A DNA stretch of 59,088 bases from an uncultured virus (IMG/VR IMGVR_UViG_3300043673_000060). Its lineage: Duplodnaviria; Heunggongvirae; Uroviricota; Caudoviricetes. The notes under the pieces were generated by a model that made no database searches, had not been told where the DNA came from, and saw only the letters and a program-made list of their open reading frames with translations. A program made the position numbers and the translations under genes. The DNA is taken from IMG/VR virus record IMGVR_UViG_3300043673_000060; one strand, written 5' to 3'. Position 1 is the first letter of the stretch; each line of letters begins with the position of its first letter. Of the stretch, positions 9,730 to 18,668 are shown in pieces.

Positions 9730-10356
9730 TCACGCCGATGCAGGCGTCAGTTGCGAATTGATCTGCACCTTCGTGCGCGCGCGAGGCAGTCTGAGCCAGA
9801 GATTGATCGCCGTCTTCTTCCCAGCGAGAACCGGGGCCCCACCGTGCAGCGTCCGTGGGTCGTTCTGTCCGTTTGGAAGCTGGTGGCGCCAGAAGACCGC
9901 CGCGCGTGGGATGGGCAGCACGGAGAGGCCGACGTTTGGGAACACGGTGGCGCCGCCCGCCTCGGGCTTGTCGAGGTACACGAGCAGCGTCGCGCCGCGC
10001 TGACCGCCTTCTCGGATCTCGCGGCGACCCTCTTTTGTTGAACCGTCGAACTGGTCCCAGTGAGGCTTGAACTCGGCGCCCACGGCATATTTTACAACCT
10101 GAATCGTCTCGCACGTCTCCAGCCTCGCAAACTCCCTCGCCCGCTGCCGGATCTGCTCCACGTTCGGGTCGAAGCCGAGATGCGCCGACTCGCTCGTGCG
10201 TCGAGCGTCCACGCAGCCGCCCGGCTCGTCGCAGACGACCATGGAGCGCCTCATCAGCTTGTCGCCGGCCGCGATCAGGTACGCCGCCTCCTCTTCGGTC
10301 ACGAAATCGTGGACCAAGAGGATCTGCGGGTCGGCGACGAGGACTTCGAAACGCAT
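9730..10356 (-). CDS. Prolyl 4-hydroxylase-like 2OG-Fe(II) dioxygenase
   Basis: RTS, QVVKY..GAEFKPHWD (HxD), ATLLVYL, GGATVFP and HGGAPV..GKK motifs. Confidence 0.88.
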   Translation of the reverse strand: MRFEVLVADPQILLVHDFVTEEEAAYLIAAGDKLMRRSMVVCDEPGGCVDARRTSESAHLGFDPNVEQIRQRAREFARLETCETIQVVKYAVGAEFKPHWDQFDGSTKEGRREIREGGQRGATLLVYLDKPEAGGATVFPNVGLSVLPIPRAAVFWRHQLPNGQNDPRTLHGGAPVLAGKKTAINLWLRLPRARTKVQINSQLTPASA

Positions 10357-10436
10357 GTGGCGCCTGCCCGGAGCGTACAAGAGGGTCGCCCTGGAGGCCA
10401 GATCCGGCCTCCGCGAGGCGCGCTACGCTGCGATCC

Positions 10437-10649
10437 GTGGCTGGCGTTTACTTGATCGTCTTCGACACATCGTGGCACGCACTCAATTTCGCGCAGAAGG
10501 TCCACGCGAGCGAGCTGCGTGGCGACGTGGCCACGTACAGGGACGGCGAGGCCGTCTACGTCATCGACGGTTCGGAAAACGGGGCCCGCGAACGCATCAT
10601 GGCGCTGTCGAGAACGTCGTCAGCGACGCATGCGAGAGCGATCCGCTAA
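10437..10649 (+). CDS. Small hypothetical protein
   Basis: 70-aa ORF with protein-like composition. Confidence 0.45.
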   Translation: MAGVYLIVFDTSWHALNFAQKVHASELRGDVATYRDGEAVYVIDGSENGARERIMALSRTSSATHARAIR

Positions 10650-10762
10650 TCATCTTTCGGGCGCTTCCCGATGACGTGGACGGGCAGTCCAGCGTGCACT
10701 CGGGGTACGATCTGGCAGTCCCGGTGCGCCCGCCCCGCAGACGTGAGCGTCACCCTGTACTC

Positions 10763-10927
10763 TACGTGCCTGGTCTCCACCGCTTGCCAGGTGGAGCTTC
10801 GTTTCGCAGAAGCAAGTCACGCAGAAACTCCCAATCGGACAGTAGCTTTGGCTGGCCGCTCCGGTACAGCGTGTCGCTGACTTTGCGAATCACGAGGCCA
10901 GAGTCGAGAACGAACGCGTCAGGCATG
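10763..10927 (-). pseudogene. Truncated ORF with a tyrosine/dual-specificity phosphatase-like N-terminus, running into the solitary repeat
   Basis: My translation: MPDAFVLDSGLVIRKVSDTLYRSGQPKLLSDWEFLRDLLL, then repeat-encoded residues and a stop. LYRSGQP is typical of DSP/PTP N-termini. Confidence 0.45.
10773..10808 (-). CRISPR. Solitary CRISPR repeat
   Basis: GTCTCCACCGCTTGCCAGGTGGAGCTTCGTTTC matches 33 contiguous nt of the array-2 repeat; no neighbouring repeat. Confidence 0.9.
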
Positions 10928-11540
10928 GGTCACCTTATGCAGCCTCACCGTCCCGACCACGCCCGGCACCCGGATCTCGATCACGTGCTCGGCGGCGACG
11001 CTCTTCCGGGCCGCCCACGCTGCCCGTTCGGCGCGCCGTGCGAGCTTGCGGATCATCGGCCCGTGGATCGGGCACTCCACGCCCAGGCAGTACGCGCTCC
11101 CGCGGTCGTGCTTCTCAGCGAAGCACAGCGAACAGCACCGCGCGGCGCTGTAGTACTGGCCGGGCCTGACGTCGATGCGGCCGTGCCGGTCGACGGGCAT
11201 GAGCCGCGCCCCGCAGACGCATCGAGGCGGCGCGTGCGTGGACGATTTCTCGTCCTTCGTGGTGTACGCGCGGTCACAATTGGAGCAAACGACCTCGCCG
11301 TTCCAGGCGTTGAGGCCATGTTTCACGCACGCGTAGAGCGGGACGGGCGGGATGGTCATCCGAAGATGGCGGGGATGACCCGCCCCTCGTACGCGTGGCG
11401 CTGCGGCTCGATGCGCGGGATCGGCTTGGCACCGCGCGCGGACCATGTCGCGTACTCGCCGCACGTCCTGCGGTGCGTACGGAGCGTCTTCAGATCACCG
11501 ATCTCGTGTTCGCAGCCCTCGCAGTGCATCGTCGCCACCT

Positions 11541-11969
11541 TCAGTAGTGCAGGTTGCCTTCGTGGCCCTCGTTGCGTGCGCAGCGATGACCTGAGTCAGA
11601 GCCGTCGATGCGCAGTACGACCTGGTTGCAGAGCCCGCGCCCGCTGGTGCCGCGCATGCGCTCCTTGAGCGTCTCCTCGTTGAACCGCTTCTTGCGCTCG
11701 GTGAGGAGCGCGTCCGCGTGCTGTACGGCAAACGCCACGGCGTTCTCGGGCAGCGCCTGACCCTCGGAGAGCCGGATCGCCGAGATGAAGTCGCCCACGT
11801 ACTGATCCCAAGCCTTCGCCTCGTCGCCCAGCAGCTGCGTGCCGCTGAGCATGGGCGCCATCGACTCCATCATGCCGGCCGTCAGGCTCTGCATCATCTC
11901 GTCGGTCTGCTTCTTCATGCGGGCCATCGCATCGGCGATGTGCTTCTCGTGGTCGTCATCTTCGTCCAT
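11541..11969 (-). CDS. Hypothetical protein
   Basis: Protein-like ORF; start at MDEDDD is approximate. Confidence 0.55.
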   Translation of the reverse strand: MDEDDDHEKHIADAMARMKKQTDEMMQSLTAGMMESMAPMLSGTQLLGDEAKAWDQYVGDFISAIRLSEGQALPENAVAFAVQHADALLTERKKRFNEETLKERMRGTSGRGLCNQVVLRIDGSDSGHRCARNEGHEGNLHY

Positions 11970-12669
11970 TATGCCCTCCAGGCTTCGGCGTGGTTTCCAC
12001 GACGACCTCCGGTTCGCTGCGGTCGCCATCTTCCTCGCGCGAGGCCTCGTCGAGGACGGCGCCAGCGCGTTTCAGCGCTTCGCCGATCTCTCGGAACGCC
12101 GATGCGCGCGTTTTCTTCACGCCCTCGGCCACGTGGCGACCCACGAAGGCGCCCAGACCCACGAGGGCCTGCGTGACGGCGGGCGGCAGGTCGATCTTGC
12201 GGGTGGCCATCAGTTCCTTCTGGCCAAGAAGGCCTCGAATGTCGCGCGAGCAGCGTCGAAGAACAATCCGGGCGAGCCTCCGGACATGCGCGACTGGTTG
12301 TTGGCGCCCACGGTCAGCAGCGCATGGTGCCGACAGTAACAACCGACGTCGCTGACGCGGTGCTCGCCCAGCTCCGACTTCGCTTCCTCCACGCGTGCAC
12401 GGACCCCGACCGCAACGATCCCCGGATCCATGTCGATCCGCATCGTCTTGTGCAGTCTATCGCTCAGGATGGACGCGACAACCTCGTCGCAGGCTAGGTC
12501 CCACGCGGCGGCCTCGCTGGCGAGGTCACGCTTGGCGCGAGCCTGCTCGTCGGGCAATCGCGTCTTGCGGCGCGGGGCCTTGCGGCGGGTCTTTTCGGTG
12601 GCGTCCACGGTCACGCAGAACAGGTACTCACGCGCTGCGAGAAGCGCAAGAGTGTCGTGGGAGCCGCCA

Positions 12670-13833
12670 TTACGATAGGAGTTCCTGCAAGCGGATCGTG
12701 GCTTCCTGGATCGTGACGTTCTGGCTGGCACCGCTGGTGATGGCGATGCTCACGGTGTGTGCGCCGGCCGTGAACGTGACGTCCCAGCTGAGCGCGAACG
12801 TCGTCGGTGTGGCGGTCGTCACGCCCGGCGCCGGTGCTGGGGCACCAACGACCGTGCTGCCGTCCAGACGCAGCGTCATGGTGCACGTGTCGATACCTTC
12901 GAAGGCGGAACTGGCGACAGCGTTGGCATCAACGCGCACTTTCAGGCCGGTTCCCTTGCACGTAAACGCGGCGGCGCCGAAGATGGCTGGGTTGGCCGCG
13001 CCCACCGCGCCGGTCGACTGGGCGTGGTTGGACATCACGGCGGCGATCCGGTCGAGTGCGCCGGTGGTAGCCGTACCGCCGACCTGAATAGGCGGTGTGG
13101 CGCCCCACTGGGCCGGCGTGGCGGCGCTGTAGAGCACGCCCGTGGCCTTGTCGATCAGCGTCGCCGGTGCGTTGCCTGGATTCGAACTCGCGTCCACCCA
13201 GAGGACGTTGAAGCCCACACCCAGCGCGTTGGGCTGGATGGACGAGTGGTCGACGGCCTGCACGATGAGCGGCCCTGAAGTGACCGCGTGCGTCCTGTCG
13301 CCGATGGCCGCGTCGTTGCTCAGGAGCATGAGCGTCGGCGATTGGGCGCTAGCTGCGATGAACTCTCCAGCCGCCGTGCATTCGAGAAAGCAATTGTCGC
13401 GCAGGATGATGAGGGAACCCGCTGCCGTCGTGTCGGTGATGACCGCGCTCGTCGCGTTGCAGGTGACGCTCAAGCCGTTGCCGATGATGAGTCCTCCGGG
13501 CGTGGGCGCGATGGTCACGCCTGCGTCGATGATGAGGTTCGTCGTGGCTTCGTTGATCGGGACGAACTCCCAGCCATTGAGGGCGTACGGGCCTCCGGCG
13601 GTCATGTGCGCGGGCGCGACCTGGTCGTTGACCGTGACGCGTGCGCCGCCATGGATCACGGCCATCGCCGCATAGAGCGTTGCCCACGACGTGAAGACGT
13701 TGGGGCCCGGCGTCCCTCCCGGCTGGAGCACTACCGAGTACAGCGTGCCGCCACCGTTGCCCGCTACCAAGCCGAGCATCGCCAGCGTCTCGTCCATCGA
13801 CGAATTGTGCCCCGACCTGTGTCCTCGGCTCAT
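12670..13833 (-). CDS. Putative spike/fibre protein (beta-rich) with shared MSRGHRSGHNSSMDETLA N-terminus
   Basis: G/A/T/V-rich; N-terminus shared with 25947-26708 and 26837-27322. Confidence 0.65.
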   Translation of the reverse strand: MSRGHRSGHNSSMDETLAMLGLVAGNGGGTLYSVVLQPGGTPGPNVFTSWATLYAAMAVIHGGARVTVNDQVAPAHMTAGGPYALNGWEFVPINEATTNLIIDAGVTIAPTPGGLIIGNGLSVTCNATSAVITDTTAAGSLIILRDNCFLECTAAGEFIAASAQSPTLMLLSNDAAIGDRTHAVTSGPLIVQAVDHSSIQPNALGVGFNVLWVDASSNPGNAPATLIDKATGVLYSAATPAQWGATPPIQVGGTATTGALDRIAAVMSNHAQSTGAVGAANPAIFGAAAFTCKGTGLKVRVDANAVASSAFEGIDTCTMTLRLDGSTVVGAPAPAPGVTTATPTTFALSWDVTFTAGAHTVSIAITSGASQNVTIQEATIRLQELLS

Positions 13834-14048
13834 GCGCGGGAGTATAAGCCAGCCAGCTGGCTGCTTCGAGCCTTACTCGCCGCCTGAGTCCACCCATTCC
13901 GCGCACGCGTCGCGGAACCTGTCCAGGGCCAGCGTCCAGGCGTCCTGAATGGCCTTGTCCTCGTGGCGTGTGGAGCCGAGAGCGATGTTGGCCTGCGGGC
14001 GGAGAGCTTCGAGGACGGCGCTGGCGTCGAGGAGGGTCTGGCGGGCGC

Positions 14049-14288
14049 TCATCGGGCGCACGGGACGGCGCAACCGGCCACGGAACCCCCGCCGTTGAGG
14101 CAGTTCATCCACGCCTTGGGCGGGTTGAGCGCGCGCTCGGCGTGCACGGCAGGGACGGCGGTGCTGTCGTTCGCGAGACAGCCCGCCTCGATGAGAGACG
14201 AAGCGATCGTCTGGTCGGTCGGCGACGTGACCGCAGGAGTGGGCTGGCAGCCGGCGATGGCGAGCGCAGCGACAACGAGGGGCCTCAC
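14049..14288 (-). CDS. Small lipoprotein
   Basis: VRPLVVAALAIAGC lipobox-like signal; Cys-rich. Confidence 0.5.
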   Translation of the reverse strand: MRPLVVAALAIAGCQPTPAVTSPTDQTIASSLIEAGCLANDSTAVPAVHAERALNPPKAWMNCLNGGGSVAGCAVPCAR

Positions 14289-15310
14289 GACGCCGGCCAG
14301 TACTTCGCGAGGCTGGCGTTGACGTTCGCGATGGCGTCTGCCTGCGACTGGAGCGGATCGCCGCCCTGGATGCCAGCTGCGGCCCATGCCTGGGCGTTGG
14401 CAAGCGTCGCGGGGCCGGTGGGAACCGGCGTGGGCTGCGGGGCGGGGGCTGGAGGAGCGCCTGGGATCGGCAAACTGCCGCCAAAGTACGCGTTGAACGC
14501 CGTGATCATCGCCGCTGCGTTCAGGCCGCTCGGCGCGTTGCCGCTCTTGGTGTTGATCCAGTCCATCGAAACGCGCGTGGCCATGCCGCCGCCATTGGCG
14601 GGGATGAACCACGCAGCGACCGCATCCCACGTGATGAGCCCCAGCATGCCCCATGTCATCACCAGCAGGCCCCGCGCAGTCGCTGCGACGGCGAGGATCT
14701 TCGTCGGGTTGTAGCCGCAGCTCCCGATGCAATGCCCATTTTGCTGGTCCGCGTCGCCGGCCGCGACGTCCCAGACGAAGCCCGACTGCAGCGATGACAT
14801 GCTGTTGACGATGCTGTCGGGAATGCCGAACCACATCTTGATGTTGCCGAACTCCGCGAGCGCGTAGCGGACCTCGGCGACGTTGGTCGCGTCGACCATC
14901 GCCCAGCCCGCGTCCTTGCTGCCGTCCACGTAGCCGTTGGTCACGCGGTAGTTGAGATCCGCGACGGGGTCGGTACCCTGGTCCGTCGCTGGGTTGTTCG
15001 GGTCGAAGCCAGTGATCGCGCTGTAGTCAGCCAGCGTCTGCTCGTCGGTGTACGCGTAGAGAGCGTTCGCGTTGCCGGTGATCACGCCCAGATAGTGGGC
15101 GTCCTCCGCCTCAACGCAATCCCCGAAATTCGCATTTCCCTCGACGTCCTCGATGACCGAGATCGCTGCGGCCGACCAGTCGACCGTGTCGGGCGTCGCC
15201 GGGATCGCGTCCGCCTTGAGAAACATCTTGAGCTTCGGTGCGTGCAGATGCGCGTACGGAGACGGAAGCTTGCACGCGCCGATGACGCGCCCGTTGACGA
15301 TGCGGTTCAC
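14285..15310 (-). CDS. Papain/C1-like cysteine peptidase
   Basis: VDW, GNANFGDCV (Cys), NGHCIG..GY (His) and MTWG in the order found in papain-like peptidases. Confidence 0.65.
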   Translation of the reverse strand: MNRIVNGRVIGACKLPSPYAHLHAPKLKMFLKADAIPATPDTVDWSAAAISVIEDVEGNANFGDCVEAEDAHYLGVITGNANALYAYTDEQTLADYSAITGFDPNNPATDQGTDPVADLNYRVTNGYVDGSKDAGWAMVDATNVAEVRYALAEFGNIKMWFGIPDSIVNSMSSLQSGFVWDVAAGDADQQNGHCIGSCGYNPTKILAVAATARGLLVMTWGMLGLITWDAVAAWFIPANGGGMATRVSMDWINTKSGNAPSGLNAAAMITAFNAYFGGSLPIPGAPPAPAPQPTPVPTGPATLANAQAWAAAGIQGGDPLQSQADAIANVNASLAKYWPAS

Positions 15311-16083
15311 TTGCCACCCCCCGTCGTCGCCGGGCTCGTCGTCATCGCCCCAGGCCGCTTCACGATGTACGTCTGCGCCATCTGCGCCTGCGCAGGCGGA
15401 AGCTTGCCGCCGTCGAGCAGCAGCTGCAGGGCGTCCTCGACGAGCACGGTGACGTTCGCGCAGATCGCGTCCGTCGTCGCCGACCCGCCGAGCGCCTTGC
15501 ACACGTCGCTGTCGATCTGCGGCAGCCCGTCACCGGCCTGCAAGTCCGTCTCGACCACCTGCACGACGTTCACGAGCACCGGTACGGCCGGCTGGCTACA
15601 CGCGGTCTGCATCACGCCGAGGCCGATGAGCAGGAGAGCCGCCGCCGCAGCTGCCACGACCGGCTTCTTCATCGCCGCCAGCATTTGCCGCTGCGACTCG
15701 TTGAGGTTGGCGTGCACGTGGCGAGCGAGCGCGGGGGCCGCTCCGGCCGTCAGCGCCGCGATCCCGGCCAGAACGCCCTCGTAGATGGCCGTGCCGGTGA
15801 GCGCGACGGGCGTCTGCGAGGTAATGAAGCCCACGAAGCCGCCCAGGAAGGTCGTCAGCATGGTCACATCGGGCAGCCAGGTCTTCGGCGTGATCCAGCG
15901 ACCGAGCAAGGTGCCCGTCTGGATCCAGTTGGTCAGCACGCCGAGCAGCGCGGACAGGCCCATTATGACCCCCGTGGCCTCGCTCACGGGCGCTGGGGCC
16001 GTCCCCTGGGCGAATGCGGCCGTTCCGAAGGCGAAAACGACGAGGAAGACGGCGAAACCGAGGAGCCGGCGTGAGTTCTTCAT
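15307..16083 (-). CDS. Multi-TM membrane protein (holin-like), possibly with a lipoprotein C-terminus
   Basis: Signal-like N-terminus, 3-4 hydrophobic segments, MQTAC lipobox-like motif; adjacent to the peptidase. Confidence 0.55.
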   Translation of the reverse strand: MKNSRRLLGFAVFLVVFAFGTAAFAQGTAPAPVSEATGVIMGLSALLGVLTNWIQTGTLLGRWITPKTWLPDVTMLTTFLGGFVGFITSQTPVALTGTAIYEGVLAGIAALTAGAAPALARHVHANLNESQRQMLAAMKKPVVAAAAAALLLIGLGVMQTACSQPAVPVLVNVVQVVETDLQAGDGLPQIDSDVCKALGGSATTDAICANVTVLVEDALQLLLDGGKLPPAQAQMAQTYIVKRPGAMTTSPATTGGGK

Positions 16084-16506
16084 GCCCGGAGCCTACATCA
16101 GCCAGCCGGCTCGCTCAACTACCCGTGTGGGAGCGCCTCCGGAGGCCTGGTCTCTGCCGCCACATCCTCGTCCGTGACCCCCAGTTCGAAGTCTCTAGCG
16201 CCGAACCAGCTGAACATGCAGGGCCGTTCGTGTCGGTGCACGATCACCGACGACTGTGACGCCGCAATCGCCGCCATGGCCGCAGGCGAGCCCGGGATCG
16301 TGGCCGTGGCCTCGGCAATGAAGGCTTCGCGCTTCTCGGAGCGCGTCATCGGGCGTCCGTTGGGCGGCTTCGCGAGCGGATCCTTGACCAAGGGGACCGC
16401 GAGCGAGTCAACGACCTTGCCGGTGCAGTAACGCTCGGAGCCATCTTTCAGCGTACGGAACGTGTGGCCGCCGCATTTCGGGCAGACGAACATGACGACC
16501 CCCTTC

Positions 16507-16929
16507 CTACGCGCTCGCCCGCCGCTTGCGCGGCTTCTTCCCGCGTGCGGCGGACTGCGGCGAAGGGATGGATGGCTGCGGCGAAGCGGCTGGATCCGAC
16601 GGCGACGCCACTTCCCCATCTTTCGCCTCTCGCACGGCCTTCAGTAGCTCTTCGAGCGACTTGAGCCCGCCCGCCTCCCCGGCCTGCTCGAAGGCGCCGC
16701 GAATGCTGCTCATGAAGCGCTCCGGATCTTCGCCGAACGCCTGGCCGATCAGGGCCCCAAACGACGCTCCGATGCCTGTACCGATGGCCGTACGGACGCG
16801 TTTCGACACGTGGAGCACGCTGTCGCCCACGTCGCGCAGCTCGGTCACCGTGTACGGTTCGGGCGCGCGTCCACGCGCGCGCTTCTTCGTCGCCGTCTTT
16901 CGTTTCGCCGTCTTCGTCTTCGTGGCCAT
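16507..16929 (-). CDS. Hypothetical protein with basic termini
   Basis: MATKTKTAKRK N-terminus; 140 aa. Confidence 0.55.
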   Translation of the reverse strand: MATKTKTAKRKTATKKRARGRAPEPYTVTELRDVGDSVLHVSKRVRTAIGTGIGASFGALIGQAFGEDPERFMSSIRGAFEQAGEAGGLKSLEELLKAVREAKDGEVASPSDPAASPQPSIPSPQSAARGKKPRKRRASA

Positions 16930-17719
16930 GTTGATTTACCCTTCGTTGCGCTTGTTCGGTTCGTCGTAGTTCTTCGTCGCCGGGCAGACCGTGCCGACCG
17001 TGACGCGGAAGCCGCAGCGGCGGCACATGCCGATGAGCGTCCCCTGCAGCAGCCGGGGTCGTCGCAGTGACGCAAGTCGTGCGTCTGCATGCCCGCAGCC
17101 TTCAGATCCATATCGGACGGCATTCAGATCTCGACGCCTAGCTTGCGAAGCTCCGCGATACCAGCGGAAGTTGCGATGGCCGCCTCTGGGACGATGCGAC
17201 TGTACGTGGGCGAAATCGAGACGAGCCCGCGAGCCTCCAGATCGAGAAGGATCCGGTGGAGGTCGGTCCCATAGGCAGCGATTCGTGTCGTCTCGTATTC
17301 GTCTTCGCGCCCGTTCCACGCGCTCGGCGGCGTCGCGCACATGGCGAGCACACGTAGATCGCTCGCGGCCAGCGGCGCGTAGCTCGCTACGGCGCCCAAC
17401 GGGAGAGCTGCGGATGCCACGAGTACTTCCCTGCGTGTCGGCGACATTCTCCCCAGGTACCGCAGCCGCCCACGAAGCGCTAGTGCGTCAACACGAACCT
17501 CTCCACGGCCTCCGCGACCTGGACGTCCGTGAGCCGGCGAAGGTTCACGGCCACCTCGACGGGTTGGTCGGCGCCCACGCTGGCCTGCAGCGCCTCGTAG
17601 AGAAGCTGACCGAGCGTCAGATCTGGTCGCTTGAGCATCGAGCGACAGAGCCGATCGAGAAAAATGGCGACGGCGTGGTCGTTTCGCTGCGTGGAGCCCA
17701 TGCGCAGAGCCTAGCGCAT

Positions 17720-17839
17720 CTACGGCCACGCCACCGTCAGCGCCAGGGCGAGCAGGACGATGCCCGCGCCGATGAGGCCCATGGCGACGCCTGCTAGCGC
17801 CAGCGTCGAACCGTCGCTCTGTCTCCACTGCTTGCCCAT
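17720..17839 (-). CDS. 39-aa single-TM microprotein whose ATG lies inside a degenerate CRISPR repeat
   Basis: My translation: MGKQWRQSDGSTLALAGVAMGLIGAGIVLLALALTVAWP*. Confidence 0.5.
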   Translation of the reverse strand: MGKQWRQSDGSTLALAGVAMGLIGAGIVLLALALTVAWP

Positions 17840-17846
17840 GTGGAGC
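17821..17846 (-). CRISPR. Degenerate solitary CRISPR repeat (hairpin plus 3' end)
   Basis: GTCTCCACTGCTTGCCCATGTGGAGC versus GTCTCCACCGCTTGCC-ATGTGGAGC: 1 mismatch and 1 insertion; the CTCCAC/GTGGAG stem is intact. Confidence 0.75.
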
Positions 17847-17850
17847 CCCG

Positions 17851-18489
17851 CTAGGTAATCGTGTCCACGTCCACGTCATCCGCAATGACCGCCAGGACGA
17901 GTTCCTCGTGCAGCGAGATGTACTTGACCTTGTCGATCGTCACGACGCGCGCGCCGCGGTCCTTGTACAGGACGCGATCCCCGACTTTGGCGTCGGGCAT
18001 AGGCCACCGCGTTCCGTCCGCGCACGGCATGCCTGGACCGACGCGCACGACGCGCCCCGCGTACATGTGACTGTCGTCCTTGGCGGTCTTCGGGATGATG
18101 AGCAGTCCGCTACGTGTACGGCGATCGTCCGGCGCCTTGTCGGGCAGAATCAGGAAGCGGTCGGACAGGATCCGGTCCGGCACGCCGCCCGCGGAGCCCG
18201 CGTCATGCACGCCGATGATGTCCTCGTCGTTGATGACCAGCTGCTCCTCGCCCTCGACGACGATGTCGACGCCGCTCCACGGCCCGAACAGGACGCGCTC
18301 ACCCACCTGCACGTCGACGCTGGAGCGCCCGCCGTGCTTGATCTTGCGCCCGTTGCCCACCGCGCGCACGTCGCCATCGAGGCGCTTTTCCTGGGCGGAG
18401 TCGGGGATGTGCAGCAGGCCGCTGTCTGTCTTGTCCTTGGGCCTGGTTCGCTTGACGACAACTCGGTTGAGGAGGGGGCGCAGGTGCAT
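17851..18489 (-). CDS. groES: Co-chaperonin with two tandem GroES (Cpn10) domains
   Basis: LRPLLNRVVVK..TDSGLLHIPDSAQEK..G.V.AVG.G..V.VGERVLF, followed by a second similar domain. Confidence 0.9.
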   Translation of the reverse strand: MHLRPLLNRVVVKRTRPKDKTDSGLLHIPDSAQEKRLDGDVRAVGNGRKIKHGGRSSVDVQVGERVLFGPWSGVDIVVEGEEQLVINDEDIIGVHDAGSAGGVPDRILSDRFLILPDKAPDDRRTRSGLLIIPKTAKDDSHMYAGRVVRVGPGMPCADGTRWPMPDAKVGDRVLYKDRGARVVTIDKVKYISLHEELVLAVIADDVDVDTIT

Positions 18490-18631
18490 GGCTGCCTACG
18501 GGTAGCGCCATGACGGCGCGAGCGCAAGACCTGTTGTTAGCTTTCATCGTTCCCGTTGTCTCTCGATGCTAAAGTGCCGGTCTCTGCCGACTGTCGCGTC
18601 GAGTGTGCGAACCTGCGGGACTGCGAGGGCG

Positions 18632-18660
18632 TTGACAGGTGCCCATGGTGTCACTAGTTT
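18632..18660 (+). promoter_or_regulatory. Sigma70-type promoter of the cas12m-like gene, with a TGACA-N11-TGTCA inverted repeat
   Basis: TTGACA-N17-TAGTTT, ending 8 nt before the ATG at 18669. Confidence 0.7.
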
Positions 18661-18668
18661 GGCGATCG

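Noticed and set aside
18490..18631. tracrRNA upstream of the effector
   Set aside because: No clear anti-repeat complementarity, and Cas12m-type effectors are reported to be tracrRNA-independent.
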